Source of the DNA: Cenococcum geophilum | Taxonomy: Eukaryota | Reading direction: 5' to 3' | Length of the DNA stretch: 64,000 nt | Assembly (NCBI GenBank): GCA_050273025.1 | Contig: CP158635.1 | Span: forward strand, 3,844,001-3,908,000 | Shown here: one piece after another, positions 39,034-53,534 of the stretch | How positions within the stretch are numbered: position 1 is the first letter of the stretch | How the letters are laid out: each line of letters starts with the position of its first letter | The notes under the pieces: generated by a model | Seen by the model: the letters and a program-made list of their open reading frames with translations, nothing else | What the model was told of the DNA's origin: nothing | Databases searched by the model: none | Program-made: the position numbers and the translations under genes

Positions 39034-42000
39034 TATCTTCGTAATATAGCATTCTATAAGCTTCGGTTTAGAGGCATTTATATAAGCCGTAATAATACTT
39101 ACTCTTAGTTAAGCTCTAATAGATAAGATTGCTGTAGATTGTAAAGTTATTCTCTTTAGTAGATTTATTTATAATAATAATCTTATATCCTAACTAGGAG
39201 CTAAAATCTTTATTATTTATAAATAATCTATTAATAAATATAAAGAGCTTAGCGGTAGGAAAATTAATAGGTATATAGAGTAGTCCCTAATTAAGATGGT
39301 TTATTTACTAAAAAAGATATTTATTTAGGGCAAAGATGTTATTTTTAGTTAGTTCTTAGTGTTAGGTAGTAATAGAGAAATTAAATAAAGCCTTAGGTTA
39401 ATAAATAAAAGTAATATAAGCTCTATAAGCGCGTTGCTCTATATATCTTTACTTTAAAGAATTAACGTTAATAATATTAATCTTCTTGCCTTAACCCTTC
39501 TAGCGTAAAGTAATAGAATCCTTATTTAGGGAGAGGATGCATTTATTAAAAAGTAATAGTATTATTAAATTAAGCTTTTCCTTTAGCTTTACTATAAGAT
39601 TTACCTTTACTAGCTTATTTTCTTTAAGAGCTAAGAATTAATCGTCTTCTAAGATAATTATATTATTAGTTTATATGCCAATAATTCTAAATAGGGTTCC
39701 TATAGTTATAATAAGGAAGTATAAATTAAATATAGAAGTAGTTATTAAAAGTTTCTTTTTATTGTGCTTACTATAAGTAGCCTACTAATAAGTTCCTATC
39801 TCTGTAATTCTATATAATAGCTTAAGTATAACTATAATTATATCTTTAGGATATTAGTGGCGAATTTACTCTAAAAGGTATACTAATATTAAGCGCTAAA
39901 GGTACGTCTCTAATTGGGTGTAGGCCTAGGTAATATCTTATAAATAAACCGCTATTCTATTATTTATTAAGAAGGAGGCTAGCGTAATAATAACTTACTA
40001 ACTAGCTTATTAAATTATAGGAGATTATATAAGAATTACCTTCTTACTATTATTGTTATAACCTTAGATAATAAGCCTTAATTTCTTAAATAGGGCATTA
40101 ATAGCTTTACCTTTAATCTTATTAACTATTCTTAACTTAAAGATACGAACTTTATTAAATTTAGTAAGGTTATACTTCTTAAATTTAAAGACTTCTCTCA
40201 TAATAAGACTATTAATCTCCTACTTATTAAATACTTAAAAAGGAGCTCTAGGGGTTATAATATAACCTTCCTTTTAGAGCTGTTTTATAAGCTTAAAGTT
40301 AGCCTTCTCCTTAGCTAACTTTATTCTTAATGGCGGTAACAAATTGCTCTTTAAAATTAATAAGGTATTAGCGATTTTATAATCCCTTTAGACGACCTCT
40401 ACCGCGTTATAGTTGCGGCATATCTACTATAATTATATTAGAATTGTAGTCGCCTTCTAGAGTACGTTAACTGTAGTTCTCTTCTAGGGTATTTTTTAGG
40501 GTATTCTGCAAAGGCTTAAAACTATTATCTTTATAGTAAGGCTTAATAATAGTTAAACGGAATTAAGTGGGTCTATAAGGCATCTAAATAGTATAAGTTT
40601 AACTATTAATTATAATAAGTTAATATAGGCCTAACTACCCTCCCTTTTTACGCTATATATATACCTTAGACTAAAGTAGCAGATTAAGCGTAGTTAAGGT
40701 ATTTAGGCTATTTCTTATTCCTAGTGTATTATTAACTTAGCGTATAGTATAGAGATGTCGTACCTTCTTTATTACCTTATAAATAGGCTTGGCTTATTAT
40801 ATAATAGAGATAGATAGTAGAGAATTATTAGTTATTTAAGGGTAGGCGCTAAAGACTAGTAAGATAGGTATAAGTTTATCCGGGCTAGCGGAATTATTAA
40901 TAGCTTTAATAGCTATTTATAAGGTAAGTTTTTTACTAGTATCCTCTAGTTTTAAAGAGATAATATTATATATGCGGCGTAATAGCGTATAATATTACTC
41001 TACTTTTCTAATACTATTATATGCCTTAATAGGGACTTCCTTAACCTTAATTGCTATTACCTTTATCTATTATTAAAACTCTATAGATAAGAAGTTCTTT
41101 CCTATATTATAGATAATTTAATTAAGGGGTCTTAGGTAAATATTAATCTAGTATAATTAAAGGGTATTTTATATATTCTTAGCTAATATATCCTTTAAGA
41201 AACGTGCGGCTTAAAAGGAGGTTAAAAGTTAATAACTTAGAGTACTAGCTTACCGCTAAGATATATAACGTTAACAATAATATAGAAGTTAAAGTTGTAG
41301 CTATTTTTAAGGGTAAACTTAAATCGGCTAGGGGACTTCTAGTTTATTTAGTAGTAATAGTAGTACCTTATAAGATGCTTAATTACCCTAACCTTAACTT
41401 TATAGCCTACTTACTAAAGGACCCTAAGTAATTAATAAATAGATAGGTAGCTAAAATAACGGTATAGTTGGCGTAACTCTAACTTAGTTAAGTAGCTTTA
41501 AGTAATACTCTTTTCTAGTTAATAAAGGAGTAATTAGGAGTAACCCTACTTATATATAACGGGTACCTAACTATCTCCCTAAACGAGTATATTCTTAAGG
41601 TTATTAAGCTTAACGCCTAATTAATTTATATTTCTAATATAAAATAGAAATGGGGTATTTATAGGAATAATATAGAAAGTAATATACCCTAAGGGGGTTT
41701 AGACTCTAATTATACTAAAAGAAATTATAGTACCCTTACTAAAATAAATTGTATATTAGCCTGCTATTAAATAGTTAATCTAAATAGAGTTATTAAGCTG
41801 CTAAAGGGCTTAAATTTAAGGTTCTCCTACTATAGATACTTCTACGGCTCTAGTATCTAGTATAATACTATAGAAGATATTCGCCGAGTATTTATTATTA
41901 AAGGAGAATATAAAACTCTCCTTTAGCTTATTAAAGATATTTAACTTTATAATAGAATAGAGCGTAGATTAGTTATTAAGAATAGCGACGGTTTATATAC

Positions 42001-43708
42001 TATTTACCTTACTATACTTAGTAAAGTATTAGTTAGGGGAGTAGTTTTTAATTTCTATATCTATAAGGAGCTATTTAGCCTTATTAACCTTACCTTTAAG
42101 ATTTTCTATACCTTTATATTAAACCAGAAAGCTTTAAAAGTAAGCTATAGTAACCTTATAATTTCCAACATTTCTTATACTTTAGCAAAACTTATTATAT
42201 ACCTCCTTTCGCTTATTAAAAAAATAACTAGTTAACTCGTAATTTAGCTTCTTATAAATGTAGCACTTTTTTTAGTAATTATTTTAAAATAAACCTCTAT
42301 AAGGACCTTTACGATTACCTTATAATTAACGTTAATTATACCCTCTACTATATTACCTACTACGGCCACTATATATTTAATTAGTTTAGTTATAATTATA
42401 TTAGTTAGGCGGGTCGGTTAAAGTAGGTTAAAGTTAGGCGTTAAATTGCTATACTTTTTAAGAGCGTAGAGCGGTGCTAATAGAAGATCTTAATTAGGTA
42501 TATACTTCTTTATAAGTATTTACAGGATTAAAGAGAGTAAGGTTATATTCTTTAACACCTTAGTATACGCTAATAACTTAATTATATAAGCTAAAATCCT
42601 GATAATATAATTTAAATAGACCACGCTAAATTATCTAAAGTTAATTAAAGAGCTTTTAAAGATAATCGAGCCGAGGAATACCTAAGTTTATAGTAATAAT
42701 TCTTAAAAAGGTAATTTCTCTCCATTCTAATATATACTGCTACTTCTTCTCTTCTATTTTAAAGTAGTATCTTAACTTATATATTATACGGTTAAAGTTA
42801 TATCCTTTTTCTACTAAACAATTATAATAAAAGGTACTAGCTCGGCCCCTAAGTATAATAGAATAGGCGTTATAGTATTAATTAGACTTTATTTCTACCT
42901 TTTAGCAATAATTATAAAAGATACGCAATTTTAAATTTTAAATTTTATATAATTTCCCGCTAAACTTCCTCTTCTAATCTAAATAGAGCTTCGTAAGCTC
43001 TATAAGTAATTTTAAAATGCCTTTAATTTAAGATTAAGATAAAGGAGGTAGGAGTTATATTATAGGCTGTAGTAGGGATGTAGGTCTAGTTAGTGGAGTT
43101 TAAAGGTTATTAAATTATAAAGTAATAGGATCCTATACCTGCTCTTATTAGGGTATAGTATCTAATATTAAAGTTATAGGTTAAATTAGATATAGAGGAG
43201 TTAAAGGTAGAGGTAGATTTGTCTTTAGAAGTATATTACTTAAATTCTATTATAAGTTAAGCTTCCTTATAGTGCGTAGTTGGTGCTTAATCTCTTATAG
43301 AGTCCATTTATGCTCTTTTTTTGCTCTAATAACCTACTCCTAAATATTATCTCTAATAGTACCCCCATCTATAGGTATAAATACTCTATACTTATATAAA
43401 AAGTTATAGAAGTCTTATATAATATCCTTCTTTATAGGAGTTTATATTCCCTTTATCCATTTAATAAAGTCCTCCCTTATATAGTATTATAGCATAATAT
43501 CGTTATATTTGCTGTCTTTATAGTATACTATATAGTATAATAAGAATCTATTTAAATCTTTTTAATTAATATCTTTAAGGTTAATTATATTGGTTTTCTA
43601 TATCTCTAGGTTAATATCATCCTTATACTTCTTCGGGTAGGTTAACGCCATAATAGCTATTATTAAAGGTTGTTTAATACATTTTTTTTAAGGGAAATAA
43701 AGGTTATT

Positions 43709-43874
43709 TGTAAGCTTTGCAGTGTGTGGGAATTAAACGAGCAACTTGATTGTAAATCTATGGGTATTAAGTGGAATATATACATGAAATAGTAGCTGAA
43801 ATAGGAACAGTGATCTGCAATCAATATATAGGGTGGCGTTGAGGCTGTCTCGGCAGCACCCGTAGTTGGTTATA
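43709..43874. mobile_element. Solo LTR (166 bp) in the 5' leader of C1
   Basis: TGTAA...TTATA termini with 5-bp TSD TTATT; less RIP-altered than its flanks. Confidence 0.65.
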
Positions 43875-44411
43875 TTATTTAATGTGTAGTTAGGTAGTAA
43901 TTATAATCCTATAGTTTGCGAAGGTACGCTAAAGGTATTAAGATAGTTGTTTTAACGCGTTTTAGACGTTAACTTAGGACCCTAGGTTTAGTAACACTTT
44001 TAACCTAAAGTACTTAACTAAATCTTTATAAACGTGGTTATTCTATATAATATATGCAACTTAGTATCTCCTAGTACTTAGTAATACTTCTATTACTAGT
44101 TTTTTATAAGTTTAAGGTAGTATAGTATCGCCGGGATCTATTCCATATAAGCGTATATAGCACCCCTATACGAGACTATCTCTTCTATTTAAAAACCTAG
44201 CTGCTCTATAGTTAACTATATATTTAACCACTAATTAGTATTAGCTATATAGGGTAACTTACTAATAACAACTACTGGAGTAGGTTATAGTGATATTGGT
44301 TAATATATTTCTTATTAATTGGAATAAGAAAGGGCGAGGAGCTTAAGACTCCTCGCCACGCTAGTGCTGCGGCAATATGTAATAACTGCTTACCTTATTC
44401 CTAATAGATAC

Positions 44412-44487
44412 GAACTTTAAAGACAAAGATAGGCGGCGGCAATATATAGGCAGGACGCAGTAATTAAGCTGCTATAACTGTATAAGA
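44412..44487 (+). pseudogene. Ankyrin-repeat host gene fragment 3 (3' end)
   Basis: Across the C1 TSD the sequence reads KGADT|NFKDKDRR; an AVIKLL segment follows after a small frameshift or deletion. Confidence 0.65.
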
Positions 44488-47400
44488 ACCTATCTTAGTA
44501 ATATATAAAAGGGGTTAATATAAAATCTACTTCCTTCTAGTACCGATTAAGGCTTAATAGCTTTATAGAAACTAGACGTTATAATATAGTAGTATAACTC
44601 AGTCCCCTAAATTTAATGTTTAGATTAGGGATAGCTTTAAGGATATATAGGCCTTTATTGGTTTAAAGCCCTAGAGTTTTTTATAACTCTAATAGGCAGT
44701 AACGTAGGTGATAGGGTTATAATGGTAGGTATAGTTATAACAGTTTAGAATATTAAAACTGCGTATAGACGAAATTTATTAGTATGCCGACTGTTATAAC
44801 CCTATTGCCTACATTATTATTATTTATATTAATTTAATAATATAAGTAGGCTATATCCAGGGGTATGAAATACGTGTAGTATTGTATACTCTTTTAGATA
44901 GTAGTGACTGTCAATTCTATTAAGGTAGACTACGTAGTCTATATACTAACGCGTCCTCCCCCCTAATTAGTTATAAGTAAGTAGTTAGTATACTAAACGC
45001 GTAGACACGCGTTTGGTATACCAGGTGCTGTAATTATATACTAGCGGCACTTAAAGATAGACCCACTTGTATATAGCCTCCGTAATTACCTTATTAAAAC
45101 TATAAAATATAAAAGAAATATATAGGAAATCCCTCCTAAGGTGCCTTCTAGGCTGCCTTCTAAACGGTGCTTTAAGCTGGCCGTAAGTCCTACTTACGGC
45201 CTGTAAAATAAACCGTACGGCCTTCTGACGGACTATAAATAAGCTATACAGCCTTCTAACGGGCCGTAAATGAACTGTAAGTGCTCCATTAGTCTTATTC
45301 CACCCATTCTATAACCTTTAGATTAAGCTTATTTATATTAATTAGGGTTTTAAGAGCTTAGCATAGTTTTACCTTAGTTATAGCATCTACTAGGTTGTCT
45401 TCGCCGCTAATCTATTTAACCTCTATAATCTTATGTCGTTTATAGGCCTAATATAAGCATATTAGGTCGACTATAAGCCTCTTCTCTTATATTATACCTA
45501 GTTTAACTAGGCAGTTATAAAGGGACTTTAAATCAGTATATAAAACTAGGGGTAACTGCTCCAATTATAGAATCTTCTAGATTGTTAATTTAATTATAGC
45601 TGCTATATTAAAGCTATAAGCTAGTATATATAGTTTAGAAGCTAGTATACTGCGGGTTACTTATTTGCATTTAATTAAAGACTAATATAGTATATTTACA
45701 TTCTAATTACGGTCTGTAAGTATAACTATAAAGCCAATTTATAATAATAGGTCTCTATTATTGGCGAAGGAGGCGTCCGTAAATACTAGTACGTTAAGGG
45801 AATTTAGGCCTAGTAGTACAAAAGTAAATCCCCTTACTTTATTATTAATTTGCCACTAAATGCGCTTATTAAGCTGCTTAATATTTTCCTCTTGCGGATC
45901 TATTACCTGGGCCATAAAGGATAAATTAAAGGTAGATTTGGGTTAACAGACTATAGCAATATAGGCGCCTCTTACACGCTATGCAACGTATTAATCCTTT
46001 ATATTTACGGTCTTATAGGTCTCTTTATAGGAACTAGTAAGGTCTATAGGCTTTACTATAATAAGCCTTAGGTTTTAAGCTTGGCGTTTTTAAGTTAGCT
46101 AAATTAGGTTGCCCTTTTATGTAATTAAGTCTCCATTAAACTTAATTAGAGTTTACTCAGTTAACTACTCTCGTGGCTTTGCTAAGAACTTTACCTCTTA
46201 TAGTTTAGTCTCTTTAGCGTCCGCAAAAGTCCGGTTTACTAAGAAGAGGGTATTATCTATTTCTAGTCCAATAATACTAAGGCCGTTTAATAGGGTGTAT
46301 AGGAGGCAGGGGTTGTAGGTTAACTGTTTCATTTTAAGTTTACTAATATAATACTAGTAATACATTTTAAACTAGTGGTTTCTAGCTTCTAGCACTCCGT
46401 AAAGGGGTTTTATAACCTATAAAATTATTCTTAATTACGAATTAAGCTTAAGGGGTAGTTATATTAAGATATCTCTACTTAGGTAGGTATTAGACTGCAC
46501 ATAGGCTTGCGAGATATTCTGTAAGTAGAGGGCTACGGGTTTAGTTTACTATAGTCTAGGCATAAGTGCAAGTATAATCCGTTAACTAACCCATTAAATT
46601 ATAGGCGATTATATAAGAACTAAGTCCTTTCCCTAGTTATTATAAGCTTATATAATAAGCCTTAATTTTTTTAAAGGCTTTATTAGTACTAGGGTGCTTA
46701 ATTTTATTAATAAAGTGTAAGTTAAATATACGGACGCCTTGCGGAACGTCTCTTTCCATTATAGCCGTAAAAACACCCTTTTTAAGTAGTCTATTAATTT
46801 TCTTGCGTTATAAGTCCGTAAAAAGTGTTTTCTATACTAGAACTAATATATCTGTAGGTAGAAGTTGCCTTACGGATGTACCTGTAAAGTTTAGGTAATT
46901 CTTTATTACGGGGTTCTTAGTTATAGGGTGCTTTTAGGGGCGTCCTTAACCGCGCTTTATAGTAGGTTTAATAGGTTTCTAGGGGACTTCTAAAGTAGGT
47001 AGGGGTGCTTTTAGTTTGTTTGGTTTAGTAGGTGCTTCTAGTTTATCTAGTTTAACGGCATAGGTATTTTTAGACCAAAAGTAGGGTTTTATAAACGTGC
47101 TTTTAAAGTTAATTAGTCTGCTAGGAAGTTATATATAGCACATTTCGTCTTCTACAGCTAGTAGACGATAAGGTCTAGTCTAGTTGCCGCTTTTATACTA
47201 TATAAAGACTTTAGAATTAAGCGGGAGGTTATAAACTAAGGTTATATTAGGTCGGTTGCAGTAATATAGGGCGCTATTAATAGCTTATTTAGCCCATAAT
47301 TTAACTATTTTAGCTATTACCTTCTGTATTACAGCTGCTTATTCTATAATAGATGGGGTAGGAGGGCCTAGGTTACTTATCCTTAAGTAAGCTCCATAAA

Positions 47401-50400
47401 CTAAAAGGGTAGGTACTAGTTTGTTAGGGCTAGTGTGACGGCTTATATAAATGCGTCTAAACCAAAGCTTGTAGAATACTATTTTATAAAGATACTAAGC
47501 TAAAGAGAAGGAAAAGGGGTCGCTAGGATAGATGTAAACAAATATATAGGGTAAGCCGCTAAGGCGCTAGCTTTGGGCGGGCTAATTATAGGTCGGCAGA
47601 ATATAGTAGAATTTGGCAGGTAACGTGCGATAGCGCTATTACATCACCCCCCTCTTTAAAAGAAAGCCTGCCCTTAGGCTTAGTTAGAAATAGGGTAGTA
47701 CTAGGCTTATAAACGTAGGATTATAAAATATAAGATAAGGAGACAAAGGGGATATAAGTACGTCTAAACTAAGTATAAAGGGCGATTATAAGCTAAGTGG
47801 AAGCACTAAGCTAGAAAAAGTAGCCGCTAAAAGTCTTAGCATAGATCTGACTAATTAGACAACTTTAACCGGCAGTCGAAGTTCCTAAACATTTAAAATT
47901 TTACAGTACTGGTAGAAAACGGTAAAATATAGCAGAATTTGGCAGATAGCTATATTAGGGCTTTAGGGCGTTTTTATCCCTATATTCTTCTAGTAATTTA
48001 TCGTCTTTATTATACCAGCATTCCATCTATTCGTTTAGGTACTTTAGGGGTCTAGGCGTATTAGGGTATTAGTTATAGAATTCTTTAAGCTTCTAGGGGC
48101 AGCCTATAAAGTTCCACGTAGGGTACTAGGTTGGGTTAGGATTATAACCCTTCTATTAAATATAGTATTTTAGCACTTCCCGTACTATCTTACAGGCCAG
48201 TATTTTATTAACCTCCTATTTATTATCACCGTTTACTTAAACTAGTAGGGGAGGCTCGTTCTTTTATCTGGGCAATAAGTCGTTTATAACTTTCCGTAAC
48301 TTATTTAGTAAGAAAATAAGGTAAACCCTAATTAAATCTAAGAGCTTTATCTTATACAAGTTACCTATTTTTTTAAAAACCTTATATAGTCCTACTATCT
48401 AGTGGTCCAGCTTACGGCTAGGTTGTTTAGTCTTCTAATTTCTTATTATAACCTAGACCATATCGCCAGGGGCAAAATTAGGCTCTTAACGGTATTTATT
48501 CGCCTACTATTTTATTAACCTCTAAGCTTTTTCTAGGTTCTCGTGGGCTACTATCCAGGCTTCCTCCAATTATTTAGCGTACTGTTAAGCCTTAGTATAG
48601 GATAGCTTCTCTTATATAGTCTAGGGTTCTTCTAGCCTTTTTTAGTTAAAGCTTATATAGGGTAAGTATCCCATTTCTAGCTAAATCGGGGCAAACCCTA
48701 TAAAGTTATAGGGTAGGGTTGCTTACGCGTAGTCTATTAAGGGTAGTAGTTTAGACTAGTTATTCTAGAAATAGTTAATAAAAGGCCTAAGCCTCTAGTC
48801 CAGGTACTAATTTATAATCTCTATCTAACCGTCTATCTGGGGGTAATAAGCCGTAAAAAGCTTTAGCTTAATGCCTAGGATTTAGGTAAACTTATTCCAG
48901 AAGACTAATATAAACTATAGCCTATAATTAGACATAATAGTATCTAATAGTCTATAGATTTGGTAAACGTAATAGACATATAGCCGGGCTACCTCTTTAG
49001 CATTAATATTCTTATAATAGGGAATTAAAAACGGGCGTTTATTAAAGCGGTTAACTATAACTATAACTATAACTATATTATATCCGTTACAGTCTCTAGG
49101 TAGTTTATAGAAGTTTATAGAGATATACTACTAAAGGCGCTCTAGTATTAAGAGTGGCTTAAGTAGTCCTAGGGTCTTATCCCATGGAATTATAGCTTTT
49201 TAGCAGTCTTTGCAGTTCCGTATATATCAATCAATATCTATAATTATTCTTAGCCAGTAGTAGTAGCAGTTAATAATTTTACGGGTCTTATTCTTGCTAA
49301 GGTGTGCCGTAAAGACTTAGCAATAAGCTTCGCGGATTAGTTTAGTCCGTAGATTATTAATATTAGGGACTATAAGCCGCTCCTAGTATAGGAGTAATCC
49401 TTCCTCCGTCTTAAAATCGGGGTTTCCTTTTACGGCTTATTTACGGAGGGCCCTTAAAGTATTAGCCGTGCGGTTTATAGTTAGGAGGCGGTTAATTAGC
49501 CCTATTAGCTTATTTAAGGACTCCTTTATTAGTGCTAGCTCGTTTTACTAAAAGTCTAGCTCCTTAAGGATCCGTAGGTTAAGCTATTCTAGATAAAAAA
49601 AGGCGCGCGTCTAATATTGGGTCTTTAGCTTATTTTAGGGTCCTATATCTTATTCTTTTTAAGTTAAGGTATTAGCCTTAGAGTTTTACTTACTAAAATA
49701 ATATATAATTATAAAGAAGAATTAGGAGAGTATTTCGGCCTACTAGGCTTCTTATTTAGTAAGCTGCTTTATAGTTATAAAGTACTTTAGGGCTTTATAG
49801 TTATAAAGTACTTTAGGGCTTTATAATCTATATATATCTTAATTTAGAAGTTTATACCTTTAAGCTCTGCGCACTATTAGGAGAGTAATTAAATAATAGC
49901 TAGCATTTCTTTATTATATACTTTATAGTTATACTTAGCCGGGTTTATTATCTTTAAGAAGAAAGCTATAGGGTACTATTCGCCGTTTAGATGTAACTGT
50001 AATAGGATTCCTACTATAACCCTATTAGAGGCGTCCGTTTCTAGCATTAATTTAAGGTCTAGGTTATAGTAATAAAGAATTAGGGAAGAGATAAGCCGAT
50101 CCTTTATCTCTTTAAAGGCTTTTATATAGCTATTATTAAAAATAAAAGGCGTGTCCTTCCTAGTTAGTCATATAAGATATTTTACTATAATTCTATAGTT
50201 ACGGATAAACTAGCGGTAAAAGTTATAAAAGCTAAGGAAGGATTAGATTCCTTTACTATATAAAGGGGCTTCTAGTTATAGATTGCCTCTACCTTTTTAG
50301 GGTTAACCTTAATTTCTTCTATAGTTACGATAAACCTAAGGTATTTCATACATCTCACCCCAAACTCGCATTTCTTAATATTAACTTATAAGCCCGCGTT

Positions 50401-53400
50401 CTATAGTCTCTCTAGGACCTTTTTAATATAAACTTAATACTTAAGTTCGTTATCTAAGTATATAAAAATGTCGTCTAGGTATACCATATAGAATTCGTTA
50501 AGGTAATTAAAAAGAACGTTATTTATATACCTTTAATACGTAGCCAGTCCGTTTATTAGTTTAAAAGGAAGAACTTTATATTTATAGGAACTATAACGGG
50601 TACGGAATATTATTAAATCTTCAGATATAAGGTTTATTTTAATTTAGTAAAAAGCTTAACGGATATTAAGTTTAGTAAAGATCTTTGCCTAGCTTAAATA
50701 TATAAGGGTCTCGTTTATTAAAGGAATAGGATACCGGTTCTTTTAAGTAATAGCGTTTAGCTTTTAATAGTTAATATAAAAATAAAGGCCTTTATTAGGC
50801 TTTTTTATAAACAGAATAGGGGAAGTAAAAGGGCTTAACTTAGCTTAATAAACCCTTTATCTAGGTTATTAATTAAGTACTACTTTATTGCTTTTAGCTT
50901 ATCTATTAATTAATAGTAGAGGGGGCTATAGCCTAGCGAGTTATTGGCTTTTAATTGAATCTTATAATTATACGTTTAATAGGGAAATAACTTATCTAAG
51001 GCCGCCTTTAAGAATACATCCTTATAGTCTATATAAATGGTAAAGAGGAGGCGTTTAACTAGTTCCTCGTTAGTTTCCTTAGCTAGCCTTTCCTCTCTAT
51101 TATTAATAATTTGGTTAATCTTATATAGGCTCGTTATAAAGACCTTATTGTCCTTTCGGTATATATTAAAGTAGAACGCTATAGCGCTAATTGCAGTAAT
51201 ATCTATAGTAGGGGGTTTGCCTAATAATAGGGGCGTATATAACTTTAGGGACTTCTAGGGTACTAGCGTCATTATTACTCCTTTTAGCTCCTATTATATC
51301 TTTTAGAGGTTATTCCTTATATCCTATTAATACGTTCTTTTCCATACTAGTTAGATCTATATAATTTAGACATTATTTATATTACTATTTATCCCGCTTC
51401 CGTATATAGAGTCCTCTTTAAATATAGCGCTTTAGGAAAGTATCTTTATTAGTATAGAGTTCTTTCCAGCTTTACGGCGGGCGTCTTTTTAGGTAAAGGC
51501 TAGGTTATAGGCCTAGATATCCTACTAGTAAATAGGGTTAGCCCTTACGGCTAGTGTCTTATAGTTAGTTCGGATCTCCCTAATAAAAGAGGGTAACTTT
51601 AGTCTATCCTCCGGCTAAACAAACCGTCTTTATTACACGTTTAACTAAATATTAAAATAGGATATCTATTTTCGTCTAAGGATTATATTATAGGACCCTA
51701 GGTCTAGAATACAAAAGGGGATACTATATTAGCGTCATCTATTAAGAGCGATATATAACTTTAAGACGTGGGTAATAGGCTAACCGGCTCAGCTGTTATA
51801 GCCTTTTACCTAAATAGGCTTCTCTAGTTAGATGGATTCTGCATTTAAAAACTTAGCAACATTATTTATATAAGCAGTATTTATAAAGGCGAAGCTATTT
51901 GCTCTAGTATTAATAAGGGTAGTTATATTAACTCTATATCTATTTTAAGATACTATATATAGAACCGTAAAATGATTTCTACCTATTAACTAACTAAGAT
52001 TAATCTCTTTAAGATTAATAGGGTACCCTAGGGGGAAGTCTTTTCCTAGGGTTCTTTTTTTCCCAATTTATTGGACGTTTCTCCTTCCTCCATCTCCTTA
52101 ATATCGCCTATATCCTTTAGCTCCGGGCAGGATAAGGTAAAGTAACCCTACTTATTATAATTAAAGTACGTAGCTAAGGCAGGGTTAATTAGAGTATTAT
52201 AGTAAATATTAGTTAATGGCGTGGTATATAACTAGTCGGGCGAGGCTCGCTAGTGTATAGTTATAACCGCCTTTAGTATAAGAGCAGTCGTAACTTATCT
52301 TCCTGCTCTAGCTCTTATAGGTATAACTAGTAAGTTCCAATTATTACGGAGTTGCTTCTACTAATTAGGGCGGGCGTTAATTCACTTTAGTTTTAAGTTT
52401 AATAATAGGCAATAAGCTGCAAGTCTTTTATGGGTTAGTAGGTTATTTAAGGTTATAGCGATCTTTTCTTATAGCCGGATTATTAGCTTATTATATAGGT
52501 CTAATTAATAGTTCTTAAGGGGAACCTAGCCTTCTCCTATAAGGTATAAGAATTAAGTCTAGAATTTAGTAAAGGGTTAGTTTAGTTTTATTATTAGGCG
52601 ATTATAGTTATAACAGGCATCCCATACCTTATTTAGGTTAACGTAAATAGCCGCTAGGTACCGTATTATCTTATTAATAAATATAAATTAGATAGGGGAA
52701 TTATCCTTAAACTTAGCTTAAAGGTGCCGTTAGGCGTCCCTAGTGGTTTAATTAAAGAGGTAGAGCATTTTAGCTTCTTTAGAAAGGAAATGGTTATAGT
52801 TAATATAAAGCTTTCCTTATACTTAAATCCTCTAATTCTTAAAGGTAAGGTTTATCCTATTAAATAGTAGTAGGGGGTTACATCAGGAATTTTTTTTTTG
52901 GGCGCTTTGTTGCAGATTGCGGCAATTTGCTGCAAACTGTGCGATTTGCGTGGTCGTATATGGTCGTTAGCGATTCGCGTAAACCGCGCATTTCGCAACA
53001 AAATTGCAGCATCTGCTAGCAAATTGTAGCAAAACGCTCAACTACCAAACTAATTCTAGCTTTTTGCTACCCTACAAATAAATAGCGCGCAAACTGTACG
53101 AACTATATAAACTGTATAAACTGTACGAACTGTATAAATTGTAACTATATAAATTATTATTATATTATATAATAACCAAATTATTATATATTCCCATAGA
53201 TTTCTATAATATACTTTTAAATATATTTATATTATAACTATATAAAATATAGAGCTATCTACTTTAGGCATTAAGGGGGAAGCCTCTTATAGAGGCTCCA
53301 AATTATCTACCTGCCTACCTATCTGCCTACCTACCTACCTACCTACCTACCTGCCTACTTATCTGCCTACTTACCTACCTACCTATCTGTTTATCTATCT

Positions 53401-53534
53401 ATCTATCTATCTATCTGTCTGTCTATCTGTCTATACCTACCCATCTATACCTACCTATCTGTGCCTACCTGTCTATATTACCTTAATTCGATTAATCAAT
53501 CAAATCGTTTATTATGTTCGCTGGCTAGTCGTTT

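Larger units (their letters stand above)
26326..39094 (+). mobile_element. Ty3/Gypsy chromovirus G3, interrupted by G4
   Basis: LTRs 26326-26517 and 38789-39094, TSD ATACT, PPT AAAAGGGGGGGGGG before 38789. gag about 26749-27900 with a zinc knuckle and GGGAAAA slippery site; YLDDIL at 29469; integrase about 30600-31300; chromodomain about 38250-38400. Confidence 0.95.
25488..44406 (-). mobile_element. Ty1/Copia LTR retrotransposon C1, interrupted by G3 and a solo LTR
   Basis: LTRs 25488-25655 and 44239-44406 (168 bp), TSD GATAC. Minus-strand gag (ATG about 43651), protease about 41850, integrase about 40600-41500, RT about 39400-40200. RNase H is split by G3 and ends ..KEKRL.I.I.AL..NP....TK about 26030. 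Confidence 0.93.

Noticed and set aside
38920..39048. 114-bp LTR length difference as a microhomology deletion in the 5' LTR
   Set aside because: Three other family LTRs lack the segment and it matches the 3' end of the SINE-like element, so insertion with a TSD fits better.
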